A stretch of 64,000 bases of DNA, taken from assembly GCF_006345805.1 (NCBI RefSeq), contig NC_043003.1, forward strand, positions 17,980,001-18,044,000, in the 5' to 3' direction. This DNA comes from Octopus sinensis (taxonomy: Eukaryota). The notes under the pieces were generated by a model, which was given only the letters and a program-made list of their open reading frames with translations, ran no database searches and was not told where the DNA came from. The position numbers and the translations under genes were made by a program. This document shows, piece after piece, positions 51,741 to 64,000 of this stretch; position 1 is the first letter of the stretch; each line of letters starts with the position of its first letter.

Positions 51741-52732
51741 TACATTTAACATTAAATTCCCGCCAGTCAACGAGACGGCTGGCCTTCTATATGGTTGTGC
51801 AAAGTCTATTAAAATAACAACCAAATTTCCTGCAATTGCTAAACCCTACAAGGATGGATGCAAGTCCGTGGTAGTATATGTCGAGTAAAAAGAAACAGGG
51901 TGGTCAGAGTTGGAATTCCTTTGATCATATATCTTGAAATTAACGACTTGTGCCCGTCTTTTTATTAGAGGTGGCAACGTTTAGTAATTGAGGGAAATTT
52001 GGTTGCTATTTCTTAATAGATGTTGAGCGACTATATTGAAGGTCAGCTAGTACGATCGAAGTGTTTACCATTTGACCAACTGCTCTGATTTACCTTACAA
52101 TGTCGGGGGTATCTTAATACCCAGAAGGAAAACTAGTGCCCATGATTCTTTACAAGGTTTCTGAGACTGGTGGGAGAAAAAGCAGGCGGGAGCTATCGTT
52201 AAACAGAAAACCTTGCTCCAAATGTTTACAATGCACTGGACTCCGCTAAAGATAAACATCAGGTGTTAATCTGCCAACAGATTACGTCTACTAATCTACT
52301 CGGAATGTAAAGAACTTTAACAAATGCTACAATGCATTTGGCCCAACTTTCTTAAGGTTCTGCTAATCCGCTACTTTAGATTAATACTCTTTCTTTCTTT
52401 ATATCGAAAGGATGAAAGGCAAAGATGACCTCGGTGAGAACTGAGCGCGAGGAATGAATTCAGAAGAAATACTGACAAACACTCTACCCGGTCCTACAGA
52501 CTGCAAACTCGCTGTCTGTGGAGATCTATTATCATAAATAGTATTTAAATTTGATTTTAGGTGGAGGCATAGCAGTGTGGGTCAGTCCAACAAAGCAGCA
52601 CCTTGGTACTTATTCTATCGATCTATTTTGCTGAACCGCTAAGTAACGAGGACATAAACACACCAGCACCGGCTGTCAAGAGGTGGTGGGGGACAAACAC
52701 AATCATAAATATACACACACACATAGATATAG

Positions 52733-52774
<42 letters not shown>

Positions 52775-53058
52775 GACAGGCTTCTTTCAGTTTCCGTCTA
52801 CTAAATATACGCACAAGGCTTTGGTCGGCCCGGGGCTATAGTAAAATACATTTGCTTAAGGGTGCTACGCAGTGGGACTGATCCCGGGATTATGAGGTTG
52901 GGAAGCAACCTTCTTACCACACAGCCACGCTTCTTCATTATCATTTAACCTGCAAATGTATAAGGAATAATTATTTAAACTTCATAATCAGTTAATTTAT
53001 TAAACACCTATATAACCCATTGTTAACGTTTACTTGCTTTTTTTTTTTTTTCGTATAG

Positions 53059-53161
53059 GCATTACTATCGCCGAGGGATCTTGGAGAGAGTAGAAGGCAG
53101 GCGCTTGGTATATAAATTCTCAAGAAACGCAATAGAAAAATTGAAATTACGCTCAAAATAG
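53059..53161 (+). CDS. EHF: ETS factor exon 5, C-terminal part of the ETS domain and stop codon
   Basis: Acceptor after poly-T...TATAG at 53058. AG+G completes Arg, then HYYRRGILERVEGRRLVYKFSRNAIEKLKLRSK* with TAG at 53159-53161. Missing from the supplied ORF track because it is too short. Confidence 0.95.
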
Positions 53162-53377
53162 TTCCACACTGGAAGCATTCGTCAAAACATTATACAGCCA
53201 TTTTCTTAAAATTAGTTTATCATTTAAACTATTGAATGATTATTGCTGCTGACAAAAAAAAGAATCTACAACATTGCGCAAATTTAAATTCATTTTCATA
53301 ATTCAGCACTTAGTGTCTTCCATATATGATAACGCAACTCCTTATTGAGGAGATTGTAATACAAATATAAAATTTTA

Positions 53378-53383
53378 AATAAA
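53378..53383 (+). promoter_or_regulatory. Candidate polyadenylation signal AATAAA in the AU-rich 3' UTR (further AATAAA near 53620 and 53663)
   Basis: First AATAAA downstream of the stop codon. The sequence is very AT-rich, so actual use cannot be judged. Confidence 0.35.
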
Positions 53384-54019
53384 CCATTTACAATATTATT
53401 CAAATTTCAATTAATTTTCAGTCATTTGTGTCTTCCATATACAACGCAATCCTTTGTCAAAGGGATTGAAAAATATGCAAAATTTAAAATAATATTAATA
53501 ATAAGCATTAAAAAAAACTGAAATTATCATTAATTTCCCAAGAGACGTTAAATTACGTTTGAATGTATGAATATCGTCCATGCGTGAATACATGAATGGT
53601 TGAATGGATATATAAATTAAATAAAATAGTGTTCAATATTTAATGTTTTCATAAAACTGATTAATAAAAAAAAAGTTGAGAAAAGAGAACTACGTCAACA
53701 TTACAAAAACAGAGCTGGATAAGGTCGTGAATTATGATGAAAGGACATTGACAAACCTAGTTGATTGACTAGCCGAACGATTAATCAAAAAATCGATTAA
53801 TTAACTGGTGGAATGGTTAACCAATTAAACAAAAAATAATAAAGAAGTGAAATAAAACCAGCGTGTGTGTGCTTATCATTGGCATAATGACCCTCCCGAG
53901 GTACACCAAAATTTGTCTCAACACACGAATTCACAAGCTAAATACAAAAACGAAAGGTTCATTATCGTTTTTAATAAACAAACATTTTTCATCATTTGCA
54001 TTTTTGTTTGTTTTTACTC

Positions 54020-54440
54020 TTTACTCTTTTTACTTGTTTCAGACAATTGACTGTGGCCATGCTGGAGCACCGCCTTTAGTCGAGCAAATCGACCCCAGGA
54101 CTTATTCTTTGTAAGCCTAGAACTTACTCTATCGGTCTCTTTTGCCGAACCGCTAAGTTACGGATATATAAACACACTAGCATCGGTTGTCAAGCGATGT
54201 TGTGGGGGGGGGGGCAAACACAGACACACAAACATATACATACACATACATATATACATATATATACATATATACGACGGGCTTCTTTCAGTTTCCGTCT
54301 ATCAAATCCATTCACAAGGCTTTGGTCGGCCTGAGGCTATAGTAGAAGACACTTGCCCAAGGTGCCAGGCAGTGGGACTGAACCCAGAACCATGTGGTTC
54401 GTAAGCAAGCTACTTACCACACAACCACTCCTACGCCTAT
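54020..54440 (-). mobile_element. SINE family B, full-length, downstream of the ETS stop codon
   Basis: Reverse complement of the family B consensus. Confidence 0.88.
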
Positions 54441-55859
54441 TTTTCGTCATTCTTTAAAAAATTTCATTTTCCGTGGCAGTAATTCTGCCAAAATTTTATG
54501 GCGTTGAGCTGACAGAATCGATATCGCGTCAGAAAAAAAATGCTTAGTAGTATTTCTTCCGACTTTGCGACCTGAGTTCAAATGCCGCAGGGTCTACTTT
54601 GCCTTTCATCCTTTCAGGGGCGATAAAATAAGTACGGGTTGGACACTGGGATCAATGTAATCGATTTATCGCATTCCTCTAAATTACTGCCCTTGTACCA
54701 ATATTTTACCTTTCCTAATGCAAACACGAAGATATGACTGAGCCACCGAGTAAGTCACTCCCCATTCACACCTAAATCTCCTCCAATCGTATTCTACTGC
54801 ACAGGTTTCCTAAACTTACCCCTTTAGTGACATAACATACTTTTTAAAGATAAGTTGTTCTTTTTCGTGACGCCTTAATTTTGTTATCAATTCAGTATCC
54901 TATTGTCAAGCGCCATACCGTGTCTAATTGCTCACAGATGTATCAGGTCTCATACACTTAACAACTAAAATGTGGTTAAAATTTATCAGAATTGATTTAG
55001 TTTCGTAACGCACATAGAGATTATTGGCGACACACCAAGGTCACCTTGGTGTGTCGCCAATAATCTCTATGTGACATATAAATTGGAAACTAGTGTCTTA
55101 AAATAAAAATGACGCATTTAACCTTCTAGTCCCAGAAATTTCTGGCGCTCCATCGGTTACTTAATCCGTTTGTCTGTCCCCTCTGTTTGTAGCCCCTTGT
55201 GTGCAATAAAGAAATAAGACTGGTCCTTTGAATTACAGGTACAACTCATTTTTGCCAGGTAAATGGACTGGAACAACGTGAAATAAAGAAACCTGCTCAA
55301 GGACACAAGCGCCATCGGTAATTGAACTCATGACCTAACGACTGTGAGCCGACTACCATGGCCACTAAGCCACGTGCCTTCACAAGTTTAAGAAGTATTA
55401 AAAGATGCGATAATCCTGACTGGGAGGCATTGTCCAAATGAACGCATGTTCAATTTGGATTGATTTGGACTAAACAAGCAATAATACATGGGGTATTTTC
55501 AGGGTAGATAAAATAAATACCAGATGTAACCGACTTAACACCTTCCTTGAATCTGCTGGCCTTTTGCCAAAATTTGGAACCAATTTGGGACCAAAATTTG
55601 GAACCGATAATGTAGTGTCGTAGCTAGAGTATGTGTCATTCAAAGCAGCCCTTCGGTTTGCTGCCCTTGCTTTGTGCATTCCCAATCCCTATACAACTTT
55701 ATACAGCAGACCTAAAAGTGCTGTAAAAATGATGCCCCGTTGTCCCTTGGCCACACTAATGAGATAATAGCTAGAAGCTCGATCCATCTTTCGTAAATTC
55801 TTTAAAATCTACATGGAATTACACACTACAGTCTTGTCCTATATGTTTTAATTATTTCA

Positions 55860-57400
55860 GTTATCGGACTGTGGCCACTGATATTATTATAAACAAAAAT
55901 ACCCAACTAAGATATTGTATATTCTTTTGAGCTTGAATTTCGGCAGCTGAGTTTGAGTATCCTTCTGTTCGTAAGAATATAACTATTGTATTAAATAAAT
56001 TTACAAATCTTTCCAAGCAGTTGCCTTTGGATAGCCAACGGACAGCGATATGCAAAAGAAGCTTTATGTATTGTTCGTCAGCATCAGCACAAAATTTTCG
56101 AAAAGGACAGTCGCATTTATTGTTAGATTTAAATTTTGTTTATTGTTTTTATAACTGTTCAATGACTGGTTTAGAAAATTGCTTATATTTTTGGCCACGA
56201 GGTTATGCCTGTGTAGCCCACAGTGTATAACTAGAATTTCGGGGCACAACTTTTTTAAATGAAAAATAAATCCTATTCTTTGTGTCTTCCAGCCATAGAT
56301 ATTGCACCATCTGTAGTACATGAAACTAAATTTCCATAATATGGAATTTCTTTTTCTTCATAAAACGTTTTCACTGCAGAAAATATAGAAGCGCCCGTTG
56401 TGTCATTCTCCAACAGTTTTACAAATCTCTCTATATATAAAGCTGAAGTTGTCTGTGTATGGCAAGTTTGATAGCCTTCAACTAACACTATCTCCTCCGA
56501 GACACTGCAGCGAAAGTTGACCAGAATTGAGAGTATGATAGAAGAAAGCTTGCTCTTCATTCTATAGAAGATAAGATTCAAATCGGACCATGTTACCACC
56601 AAAAATTATTTACATCAAAAAGGTGCTTTTTTTTCTATGAAAATCCCTATTTTTTACGATTCTTTGACTGCTGTGTCGCCATTTTTCGATGTATTTCAAC
56701 CAGAAAAATGTTCATTTAAAGAGAATAACAAGCTACATAATGCAACATTTTTACTTTACAAAAATTCCAATTCTAAAGGGTCGAAACAAACCCCAGCAAC
56801 TCCGGGCGATACAACTAGTAATAAATATTCTTGTAATGCACAGTTTCTATCAAAATAGCGTACATATACCATTAAAAGGGTCTTGATGTCAATAACTGTG
56901 CTTTTGTCAATTTGAATAGAAAAATTCGTTGTTTTCAATCTTTGAATTAGTACATCTTCGATATGACCTGACATTTCATCAATTATCCTACGGATAGAAT
57001 CATTGCTCAACGGTAGAGCTTTAATGATAGATGAAGGATCTTGATTCATAACTTCTGATATTACTGCTTCTGCTGCATAAACAATAATCTTTTCATCTAC
57101 CGTATGTGCACTACCCGTTTTTGCAATAATTTCTGCAATTTTGTAGGCAGCAATCAGTCCACCGTCATTAATTTTTGTCTGTTTCTTAAAAAATGATTTA
57201 ACAGTACTCCGATTTTCAAAATCAGTTTTCAATCCCTCAAAATATTTAATAGGCTTGCCGACTTTTTCAGGGTGTTTTCTTTTCATGTGGTCAGAGATTC
57301 GAGAATGCTTCATTGTTTTATTGGACAAAGATTCATAACACATCATACAAAAGGGCTGTAGAGTTCTTGATAAAGCTATATTGTAAGTACTCATCGATAT
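55860..57400 (-). pseudogene. hAT (Charlie/ZBED8-like) transposase relic, interrupted by a Helitron
   Basis: CMMC..LSN..MK.SR..HMKRKH; FSIQID.ST; YVRY; CTTDGA.SM.G; IHC.LHRHNL; VRWLS. Confidence 0.9.
56426..56818 (+). mobile_element. Non-autonomous Helitron (393 bp)
   Basis: Starts TC, ends with a CCC..GCAAC.CCGGG hairpin and CTAG. Inserted between A and T with no TSD. Removing it restores the hAT reading frame. Confidence 0.9.
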
Positions 57401-57469
57401 ACTGTCAACACTTTGTTTTCGCCGAGCCTACCATAAAAAGTGGGTGAGAATGAATGTAAATTAGTAAAC

Positions 57470-58090
57470 ACTAAACTGACTATTATAATAACAATAATGA
57501 TGAAATTATTGTATACAATGCTCAGGTGCACCACAACTTGTCAAAAGTGCATATAAAGCATATGCAGTAATGTACAAATGTCTGGAAAGTGAACAATATA
57601 TGAGTCACATGCTTGCGTGTGTATGGAGGGGAGAAAATTAGGTGTAGTGTTGGCGAATCTCAGGAAGCATGGAAGTTTTGAAGAATGCAGTGCTCCGACA
57701 ACTGATGCCGGCAGTTTGTTCCATACTTCAGCAACTCTTAGCGTGAAAAAATGTTTCAGAAAGTCATGGGAGCTGTGCTGTTTTCTGACTGTGTAAACAT
57801 GTCCACGGGTGTTAGACAAGTGGAGTTTGAAAAGGTGCTCAGAGTTATTGTTAGTAAGATGGTTAATAATTTTATGGGTGTCTGCCAAGTCAGCTGCCAT
57901 ACGTCGGAGTTTCAATGTATCCATGCTCAGGAAAGTAAGACGTTCAGAATATGGCAAATGCCTAATGGAGGGTATTCTCTTGGTTGCACGTCGCTGAACG
58001 GTTTCCTGAGCAAGATAGGGGTTCCAGACCGGTGATGCAAATTCCAGGTGAGGTCGCACCATAGCTATATAAAGCCACAGATAGATAGCC
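57470..58090 (-). mobile_element. CR1-type LINE 3' fragment
   Basis: VRPHLEFASPVWNP, VQRRATK, YSERL, TRGH, FF..RV..VWN.LP. Confidence 0.9.
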
Positions 58091-58377
58091 GGGTCCAACG
58101 ATTAAGTCAGAAAGCGTCAAATTCAGACAAGCGCCGTGTATTCAACGTATCACGCATCCCATCGGCCAGTGTCATAGGAACAAAGGAAAGAAATTCAGTG
58201 ATGAATGAATCATTATAAATCGTTGGACTAAATCGGGGAAGATAACGCATTTTTTGAATTGCATAGTTACTGAATTTGAATTAAGAAAAAAGAGTTGGTT
58301 TTACGGCTTGACTGCAGTTACTGAGAAAAGCCCTTGTTATCATGATGCACAGGATGCGTGATTGCCTGTTGTGAGTA

Positions 58378-58610
58378 CATATTTCTTTACTACCCACAAG
58401 AGGCTAAACACAGAGGGGACAAACAAGGACAGACAAAGGAATTAAGTCGATTACATTGACCCCAGTGCATAACTGGTACTTAATTTATCGAACCCGAAAG
58501 GATGAAAGGCAAAGTCTACCTCGGCGGAATTTGAACTCAGAACATAACGGCAGACGAAATACGGCTACGCATTTCGCCCGACGTGCTAACGATTCTGCCA
58601 GCTCGCCGCC
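58378..58610 (-). mobile_element. SINE family A, full-length with a 16-bp TSD
   Basis: TSD TTGCCTGTTGTGAGTA at 58362-58377 and 58611-58626. Confidence 0.92.
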
Positions 58611-58881
58611 TTGCCTGTTGTGAGTAGAGTCGCTGATCGAAGACTGCATTCATCACCCACCAAAATTTGATTTTCGCCCCCAAGGGTACAATTCGCCCCC
58701 GATTGAGAACCACTGCTCTAAAGCATAGAGCAGTAATGTATTTATAAGTAGTTAAGTCTATATCCGGACTTAGGGGGACCAATGGTTTCACATCCACAAA
58801 TTCCTTAGCCCTGTGAACTTCTCGTCACCAGGCTAAGCATTTGTCACTCTATGACCGGAAATAGAGTCAACTACTTATAAA

Positions 58882-58917
<36 letters not shown>

Positions 58918-59597
58918 CATACACCCATTTGTACATATTTGTGATGCAGACATACACAGACAATAGACGTGAGCTGCACTTGTATTCTTCACACGGACGA
59001 CTATTTATAGAATATGTGGTGAATACTGCCTCTAACATTAACGCCATGGCTATCGAGCTTGTCTTTGGCGATTTTCGTCTCAAAGTCTTATACCTAAAGG
59101 AGGAGGAGAGGGGAGGAGGAGGAAGGAAGGAGGGGGGACGACGACGACGACAACAACAACAAAAACAACAGCAGCGGCGGCAGCAGCAAGATCCAAGAAG
59201 GAACAACATGGGAAAGGTGAGCCGAATCAAATAAGCAACTATGATTGGACAGTTTTTTGATGACACGCTTGCTATTGAACGCCGGGAAGATAAAGCCGAT
59301 GCTTTTGTTGATTTTTATGAATAGAAGAAACGAGACTGAGAAGGACTTCGTCCGGAGATAAAATATTTCACATAAAAACGATTAGCAGCAGCAGTAACAC
59401 AAGCAGCAGCAGCAGCAGGACTGTATATGTATATATATATATATATATGGTAAATTATTTTAATTACATCAGTTATATTTAGACTAACTACAGATATAAT
59501 TGTTTTTCTTTAATTACATAGCTACAAATTGGAGACATTTCTACTCTGTTTGCTAAGGTTCCATTTGAAATAAATAAATATATAGAGTTCTTTTAAT

Positions 59598-59662
<65 letters not shown>

Positions 59663-59676
59663 AATATAATATATAT

Positions 59677-59743
<67 letters not shown>

Positions 59744-59757
59744 GATATATAATATTT

Positions 59758-59796
<39 letters not shown>

Positions 59797-59892
59797 CGGG
59801 AAGCTTTATGAAAATAAACAAAAGACGAAGGCAGGTGGAATACAAACAAACAATTGTATTAGTATGGCGCTCAGGAATATAAATAAAACAAG

Positions 59893-59929
59893 TCTTTTAC
59901 GTTTCGAGCCTACGCTCTTCAACAGAAAG

Positions 59930-59930
<1 letters not shown>
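59893..59930 (-). ncRNA. Minimal hammerhead-like motif with variant core (CTGTTGA)
   Basis: Minus strand reads TCTTT-CTGTTGA-A-GAGC gtag GCTC-GAAA-CG-TA-AAAGA. It lies in a short element flanked by (TA)n on both sides. Confidence 0.5.
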
Positions 59931-59977
<47 letters not shown>

Positions 59978-60451
59978 TGTGTGTATGTGTGGTGGTGGTT
60001 AGGGATGATGGTGAGAGTATGTGATGTGAAAGAAAGTGGTGATGGTGGAGAGGGGAAGGCGACGAAGTCAAAGGTATTGATGGCAGTATATGGCATTAGT
60101 GGTGGCGATCGTGGTGGTGGTGGTGATACTGGTGATGGTGATGTTTGAAAACAATCAACAGAACAAAATGAGTGAAAAAGAAAGAGGTTAGATAGAAAAG
60201 AAATTGTACTGACCCCACCGAATAGGAGGCCAAAAAATGTTGTTTATCATGCAACTTTGCAATAAGTTCCAAGTCGACAAATTGAATCATTGTTTTGATG
60301 AAAATTGTTCATTGCTTGGAAAATATTGATCAGGTTTAATAAAATTTAATATGTACTCAACTTATGAAGTGTCATTATTGGGCCCAAATCCTAATGAAGA
60401 GCCCTCCACATCGCCGGCTTTTAAGCTAGTACATATATATATATATATGTG

Positions 60452-60483
<32 letters not shown>

Positions 60484-60516
60484 GTGTGTGTGTATATATA
60501 TATATATGTGTGTGTA

Positions 60517-60593
<77 letters not shown>

Positions 60594-60659
60594 TATATGT
60601 GTGTGTGTGTGTGTGTTATATATATATTATATATATATATAGCATATAAATAATAAAAT

Positions 60660-60904
60660 CGCCCTTTTAAAGCCTAGCCAGGCTCATGGGCCCAGTTTCC
60701 CGGTTTCAATGGCGTATGGGTTCCCCAGCTGGACGGAACGCCTGTCCATCGCAGCGTTAGTCATTTTTGCCAGCTGAGTGGACTGGAGCAACGTGAAATG
60801 AAGAGTTTTGCTCAAGAACACAACGCGTCGCCCGCTCCAGGAGTCGAAACCACAATCTTACGATCATGATTGCTTACACCCTAACCACTAAGCCACGTGC
60901 CTCC
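60660..60904 (-). mobile_element. SINE family C, second copy
   Basis: Collinear with 22091-22335. Confidence 0.85.
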
Positions 60905-60933
60905 ACTACATATATATATATGTGTGTGTGTGT

Positions 60934-61000
<67 letters not shown>

Positions 61001-61010
61001 CATATATATG

Positions 61011-61047
<37 letters not shown>

Positions 61048-61057
61048 ACACACACAC

Positions 61058-62949
61058 AAATATGAACAGATTAAAAGATGACAAAACAGTAACAATCAAA
61101 GAGGCTGATAAAGGGAGTGCAGTTGTCTTAATGGATACGGTATACTATATAACTCTAGTACTATCCATATTGGAAGACACGACAAATTATGAAAAGGCCC
61201 AACACTACAGTCAGCAGAAAATAATGAGAGACCTAAAATCCATGTTAAACCTATACAGAGAAGGGCTCACCGACAAAGAATATGACTATATGACCAATTT
61301 CAAAAGTAAAACCAGTCAATTCTGAGGTATTCCCAAGATACACAAAAGTGAGAAAATAAGTAACTCATGTAGGATAGCCACAGACATAATAATCTAAGTC
61401 CCTACTCCTAATGACCTCAAATTGAAACCTACAATTGCAGGTCCCGCATGCGAAACCCACCGCCTCTGTAACTTTTTAGATACCCTCTTAAAACCATTCC
61501 TCAAGCATTTCAAAAGCTATGTAAGGGACGACATGGATATCCTCAATCACCTTCCTGAAACAATAAACAAAAACACCCTACTAGTATCCTTCGATGTAGT
61601 CAACATCTATTCCAATATCCCCCACAACCTAGGAATAGAGGCAATTTAATTCTAGCTAAACAATTTCGCCAACGAAGTCCCACATCGCATCAAAAAAAGA
61701 ATTCGTACAGAAAGGCTAAAATTCATCTTGGAGAATAACTACTTCGTCTTCAAAGACAACTTCTATCGACAAAAATCGGGGACTGCGATGGGTACGAGAA
61801 TGGCCCCCTCCTTTGCTAACCTCGTCATGGAATATCTAGAAATCAGTCTTTATTGCAAGGTTCTAGAAAAATAGGGCAGCCCATTCTCTCTCTACATAGA
61901 AAATAACTGGAAGAGATACCTGGATGACTGTTTCATTTTTTGGCATGAAAGTATAGAGAGACTTAAAGAATTTCAAGCACTCATAAATGTATTTGACGTA
62001 AACATTCAATTCACGATGGAATATAGCCATCAACAACTTCCCTTCCTCGACATCCTCATTAAGAAATCTAACAACGTAATAGAAACATATATACTATAAG
62101 CCCATCTACCGTTCAACTCATGCCACCCCAGACACACCAGAATGAATATCTCCTTCAACCTAGCAAAAAGGATATGTACTATAGTTTCTAATACAAGCAC
62201 CAGAGACACACGACTATATGAACTAAAAGATACACTCAACACCAGGAACTACCTACATTCACTAATTGGCATATGCTTTCAACGTGCCCTACAACTCAGC
62301 ATCCACGAACTCAGATATCCCAAATTAAAGAAGGATTTACAACCAAAAGCCCTATCAAACATCTCCACATACAACCCTCTTAACAATGAAGCCTTCGACA
62401 CCATCCTTCAAAACATTCCCCTGCTAAAAAAAGGACCACAGAATGAACTTAATCCTCCAAACACACACCATCATAAAAAGCAAGACACAACCCAAATCTA
62501 TGAAAAGTCTCCTAACACAAGCCCGAATACGCTCAACAACAACGCAGAAGCCGTCAGTAAAAAAATGCGGAAGACCCAACTGGGGGATATGCGTCGATTT
62601 AATTGAGGGATCTGAGTTTTCCTTCAAACAGGGACAACGTTTCACAGTGAAAAGCAGTTTCACAGTGAAAAGCAGTTTCACATGTGCTTCGGAGAACCTA
62701 ATACACGCACTAACCTGCTCTGGGTGTCAAGAGCAATACATAGGTCAAACAAAAAACAGTCTACGTGAAAGGATGACCCAGATCAAAATTCCCAAAAACA
62801 GAAAAATAGCATTCAGCATCCACATTTGCGCCAATAACAAAAATCCAAGCTTCAGAATTTTCTCCTCTACCAATTCAGGAACGATACAACCTGTAGCCAA
62901 CGAAATAATAAAGAAATTCTCTTTGTTACAAAATACAGACTCCTTTTGA
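61058..62949 (+). pseudogene. Penelope-like retroelement (PLE) ORF relic: reverse transcriptase plus GIY-YIG endonuclease, 5'-truncated, with many stops and frameshifts
   Basis: Motifs IKEADKGSAVV, F*GIPKIHK, PTIAG, LVSFDVVNIYSNIPH, FYRQKSGTAMG..MAP, WKRYLDD, QLPFLDI, a CG...C..C linker and LTCSGCQEQYIGQT. Starts directly after a (TA)n/(CA)n tract. Confidence 0.92.
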
Positions 62950-63284
62950 ACGCATCTACAACAAACGACATATCCACCTCGGCTTTAGAATAACACAAAC
63001 ACACACGCAAATATCAAAAATGATACACTCAAGAGATACCCAAGAATTCATTAAAAAAACAGTCACTGCTATAATCCACAACGAGTTTCAAATATAGTTT
63101 CAAATGCTTTTACATCGGCCATTCCTTTCACTATCTTAACCGCCACTGTGAAATTCTATCTAAATCATTTGTTGGGCCTGTGATAAAAGCTGACTCATTT
63201 ATAGATATTTGACACATTTTTATACTTACATATTTATGCACTCACACACACATGTATATTATTAGTCATAAATGCAACTAGTTT

Positions 63285-63316
<32 letters not shown>

Positions 63317-63320
63317 TACA

Positions 63321-63375
63321 CTAGCAGAGATACCCGGCGTTGCTCGTGATTAAAACGGTATAGTTTTTATTGCTT
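63321..63375 (-). mobile_element. Helitron 3' end fragment
   Basis: Minus strand ...CACGAGCAACGCCGGGTATCTCTGCTAG|T, the same hairpin-plus-CTAG end type. Confidence 0.6.
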
Positions 63376-63544
63376 TATTTATTTCTGTCATGTGACTGCG
63401 GCCATGCTGGAGCATCGCTTTTGGGTCACTTGACCATTTAACATCCTACTACTATCATACCACCTGCATTCCTTTATTGTTCTCTCTTCTCTTTCTCCTT
63501 CTTCTTTTTCGTCTTCTTCCTCTGCGCCACCTCCTTCCTTACTT

Positions 63545-63579
<35 letters not shown>

Positions 63580-64000
63580 TCCTCCACAACAAGTCACTTT
63601 CAGAGCACTTGACCATTTTACACCCTACTACTATCATGGCATTCCCGCATTCTTCTTCTTCTTCATCTTCTTCTTCCCTGCCAAGAATTCACAACGACCT
63701 CGAACCCACAAGAGTAAACAAAAGAGAAAAAGACAGGAAGAAAAAAAGGAAAATGGCCCTTGTATTTGAATACTATGGAAATATTCTTTTAAAACAACTT
63801 TTCATTACTTTTACCAACATTTAATTGTTTTCTATACTTACAGTTGAAAAAGTCACAATGGCTGAAACCGGTACTGAAAAAATTTTCTAAAATTACTTAA
63901 GCATTTTCTATCTTGACTTTTTCCATATATATGTGTGTGTGTGGAAGCGAAATGGCCCAGTGGTTAGGGCAGCGGACTCGCGGTCGGAGGATCGCAGTTT

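Noticed and set aside
56756-57394. 212-aa ORF as a domesticated ZBED/SCAND3-type host gene (also 10471-10779)
   Set aside because: Interrupted by a Helitron or SINE and frameshifted downstream; these are transposase relics.

Overview
This is eukaryotic, repeat-saturated genomic DNA. The SINE families and the very dense (TA)n/(CA)n/(TATG)n/(ATT)n/(GATA)n microsatellites point to Octopus or another coleoid cephalopod (inference). There is one 100-N assembly gap at 8910-9009. The only host gene I can support is a + strand, five-coding-exon ETS transcription factor of the ESE type (ELF3/EHF/ELF5-like). Its exons are 23332-23698, 34411(or 34414)-34668 (PNT/SAM domain), 41812-42321 (polyQ plus AT-hook-like motif), 49559-49751 and 53059-53161 (ETS domain). 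All introns are GT-AG and the phases join into a 476-aa ORF. The rest is transposon debris: at least four tRNA-derived SINE families, CR1/L2- and RTE-type LINE ends, three Penelope-like (RT/GIY-YIG) remnants, two hAT transposase relics, mariner and Tc2/pogo-type elements, and non-autonomous Helitrons. The most interesting unexplained signal is a set of (TA)n-anchored foldback elements that carry type I hammerhead ribozyme folds. Two have a complete catalytic core (42867-42965 on +, inside an intron of the ETS gene in sense orientation; 3071-3165 on -). Five more are variant or degenerate, and in one the hammerhead core is exactly the spacer of a long inverted repeat. All folds were read by eye and none has been tested. 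Almost all ORFs in the supplied track are microsatellite or SINE artefacts.
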